DNA from: Eledone cirrhosa
Lineage: Eukaryota
Direction: 5' to 3'
Assembly (NCBI GenBank): GCA_964016885.1
Contig: OZ024760.1
Coordinates: 14,136,001-14,200,000, forward strand
Length of the DNA: 64,000 nucleotides
Shown here: positions 60,793 through 64,000 of the stretch, in pieces
How positions within the stretch are numbered: the stretch's first letter is position 1
How the letters are laid out: every line of letters begins with the position of its first letter
Made by a program: the position numbers and the translations under genes
Notes under the pieces: generated by a model
Databases searched by the model: none
The model's input: the letters and a program-made list of their open reading frames with translations, nothing else
What the model was told of the DNA's origin: nothing

Positions 60793-62224
60793 TATATCAT
60801 CATCATCATACACACACACACACACACGGCAGTGTGTGGAGTGAGAGATGACCAAGTGATGTAGTTTTGAGATAATAGAGGTTAGATTAATACATGTGAG
60901 GCAATATGGAGATTAGAGATATTGTAGTGTTTGAAGTTTGGCGGTCAGAATACACACATATAGTGAGAGTGGTGGAAGGGTGGGTGGGGGTTAATGTGTG
61001 GTGGGTTTGATGGTGGTAAGGATGTGAGGTGACAGGGGGAGGGGGAATGTGTGGTGGGTGAGGTGGAGAGGGAGTGAAGGGGTGTGATGGTGGGGTAAAG
61101 GATGAAAGGGAGTGAGTGGTGGGGAGGGGGTAAGTGATGGGTGAGAGGGGGAGTGAGTGCGTGTGATGGTGGGGAAGGGGTAAGAAGGGGAGGGAGTGTG
61201 ATAGTGGGGAAAAGGATGAAAGGGAGTGAGTGAGTGGTGGCTGAGAGGGTGGGGATAGTGAGAGGGAGAGGAAGAGAAATTATAGGAAATAAAGGGAGAG
61301 GGAAAGAGATAGGGATAGTGAGAGGGACAGAAAGAGAGAAAATACATGTGTGTTGCATGTATAAATATGTGTGCGCATGTGTGTGTTGCATGCATAAATA
61401 TGTGTGTGTGCATGTGTGTGGAAGTGTGCATGCATATATGGGTATGTGTGTGTGTGAGAGTGCATGTGTGTATATGCCTGAATGAATGTGTGCATATGTG
61501 TGTGAAAGTGCGTGTGTGTGTGTGTGAGAGAGAGAGAGAGTGTGTGTGTGTATGTGTGAGAGAGTGCATGTGTGTATGTATGAAAGTGCATGTGTGTATG
61601 TGTGAAAGTGTACATGCACCTGTGTGTGTGTGTGTGTGTGTGTACATGTGTGTATGCATGAATGAATGTGTGCACATGTGTGTGAAAGTGTGCATGCACA
61701 TGTGTATGTGAGTGTGTGAGAGTGCATGTGCGTATATGCTTGAATCAAAGTGTGCATGTGTGTGTGTGTGCATGTTTACTCATGTGTTCAGCAAAATTCT
61801 ACATTTGGATAAAGGGGCAGAGCTGACAATTTACCAAGCACCCATATACACACAGACACACACACACACCAACACACACACACCAACACACAGCAACATA
61901 CACATATACCAACACACACACACAAAACAGCATACACACAAAGCAACACACACACACACACAAAGCAACATACACACACACACACACAAAGCAACACAGA
62001 CACACCCACACAAAGTAACACACACACACACACACACACAAAGCAACATACACACACACACACACAAAGCAACATACACACGTACACATACAGCAACATA
62101 CACACACACACACACACAATTGTGTCAATTGAAAGTGCAACACCACACCATTTATTGCACTATCTCTGCCAGCACCAGTGCACTAAAACTGTCAATAAAC
62201 ACAGATGAGAGAGTTGGGGAGGAG

Positions 62225-62491
62225 GAGATAGATGGACAGATAGATAGAGATAGATAGATAGAGATAGATATATAGATAGATAGAGAGATAGATAGATATA
62301 GAGATAGATAGAGATAGATAGATATATAGATAGATAGAGAGATAGAGATAGATAGATAGATAGAGATAGATAGATAGATAGAGATAGATAGATAGAGAGA
62401 TAGAGATAGATAGAGAGATAGATAGAGATAGAGATAGATAGAGATAGATAGATATATAGATAGATAGAGAGATAGAGATAGATAGATAGAG

Positions 62492-62522
<31 letters not shown>

Positions 62523-62669
62523 GATAGATAGATAGAGAGATAGAGATAGATAGAGAGATAGAGATAGATAGAGAGATAGAGATAGATAGAGAGATAGAGA
62601 TAGATAGATAGAGAGGTAGAGATAGATAGATATATAGATAGATAGAGAGATAGAGATAGATAGATAGAG

Positions 62670-62700
<31 letters not shown>

Positions 62701-62954
62701 GATAGATAGATAGAGAGATAGAGATAGATAGAGAGATAGAGATAGATAGATAGATAGAGATAGATAGATAGATAGAGAGATAGAGATAGATAGATAGATA
62801 GAGATAGATAGATAGAGAGATAGAGATAGATAGAGAGATAGAAATAGATAGATAGAAATGTTTATTAGCCACAGGGGCACAAAAGAATAGATAGAGAGAT
62901 AGATATACAGAAAGAGAAAGAGCGAGAGAGAGGCAGATAGATAGATAGATGGAC

Positions 62955-62986
<32 letters not shown>

Positions 62987-63347
62987 ACAGAAAGAGAGAG
63001 AGAGAGTGGCAGATAGATATATATAGAGAGAAAGAGAGAGAGAGGTAGAGAGAGAGGTAGAGATAGAGAGAGAGAGATAGAGAGAGAGGTAGAGAGATAG
63101 AGAGAGAGGGAGAGAGGGAGAGAGGTAGAGAGATAGTGAGAGGGGTAGAGAGATAGAGAGAGAGAGAGATGGGTAGAGAGAGAGGTAGAGAGAGAGAGGT
63201 AGAGAGAGAGAGGTAGAGAGAGAGAGGTAGAGAGAGAGAGGTAGAGAGAGAGAGAGGTAGAGAGAGAGGTAGAGAGAGGTAGAGAGAGAGAGGTAGAGAG
63301 AGAGAGGTAGAGAGAGAGAGGTAGAGAGAGAGAGGTAGAGAGAGAGG
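62225..63347. repeat. (AGAT)n/(AG)n/(AGAGGT)n compound microsatellite
   Basis: Direct inspection. Confidence 0.95.
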
Positions 63348-64000
63348 TGTATGTTTAAAGACTTTGATATTGTTAACAGTGAGATCAATAGAGTATGACT
63401 TGATTAAATGGCGAATATTGGTTTTGATGTAATGTAACCACATACACATATACACACATATACACACAAGCACATACATACATACATACACACACAAGCA
63501 CATACAGACATACATACATATATACACACACAAGCACATACACAGACATACATACATATATACACACACACATATATACATACACAAGTACATACACAGA
63601 CATACACAAACATACACATATAAACATCAACACACAGAGAGAAGCACATACACATAAATATACACACAAGCACATACTCAAGCAAGCACACATACTCACA
63701 TATACCCACAAACATCCACATCCACACACACACAAATATACACATACTTATACATACACACACACACAAAGATATACCTACAACCACATACACATCCATA
63801 CACACACCCAAAGATATACCCAGAAACATCCACAACCACACACATACATATACATATACACACACATACGCACACAAAGATAACCCCACAGATATCCACA
63901 TACACACATACATATACACACATACATATACATACACACATACGATATTCAATGAACAGATTTGTGAAGAATTAAAGATCTTAAGATTGCTATTACACTT

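Noticed and set aside
60222-63952. Long Y/I/C/V/H/T/L/S-rich ORFs here and throughout the window
   Set aside because: Translations of (TA)n, (CA)n and (AGAT)n microsatellites; no domain content or splice context.
47666-64000. Search for the first coding exon or promoter of the FARP-like gene
   Set aside because: No exon encoding the expected start of the FERM N-lobe was recognised; it is probably beyond the right edge, though I may have missed a short exon.

Overview
AT-rich, microsatellite-saturated animal genomic DNA. The repeat landscape (RTE and CR1 LINEs, tRNA-head SINEs, abundant (TA)n/(CA)n) suggests a coleoid cephalopod, probably an octopus; this is inference. One host gene runs on the minus strand: a FARP1/2 (Cdep)-type FERM protein. 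I reconstructed by hand eight GT-AG, phase-compatible exons (47665 to 18677) encoding most of the FERM and FERM-adjacent region. They splice in frame to a >=2.6 kb stop-free acidic, low-complexity exon that runs off the left edge. The first coding exon was not found. Introns hold two tandem 5'-truncated RTE LINEs with a PHD finger inside the RT region, CR1 fragments, two SINE families, TTAA- and TA-flanked MITEs and many minisatellites. The most striking signal is about 20 type I hammerhead-ribozyme or hammerhead-like motifs from roughly ten sequence-distinct families. Most are (TA)n-bounded, many have self-complementary stem III, and many sit in fold-back palindromes, consistent with Penelope-like LTR or retrozyme remnants. 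A 54-bp minisatellite built from the gene's own exon end plus 5' splice site is also present. Almost all ORF-track entries are microsatellite or antisense artefacts. All structures and coordinates were derived by eye; repeat boundaries are approximate.
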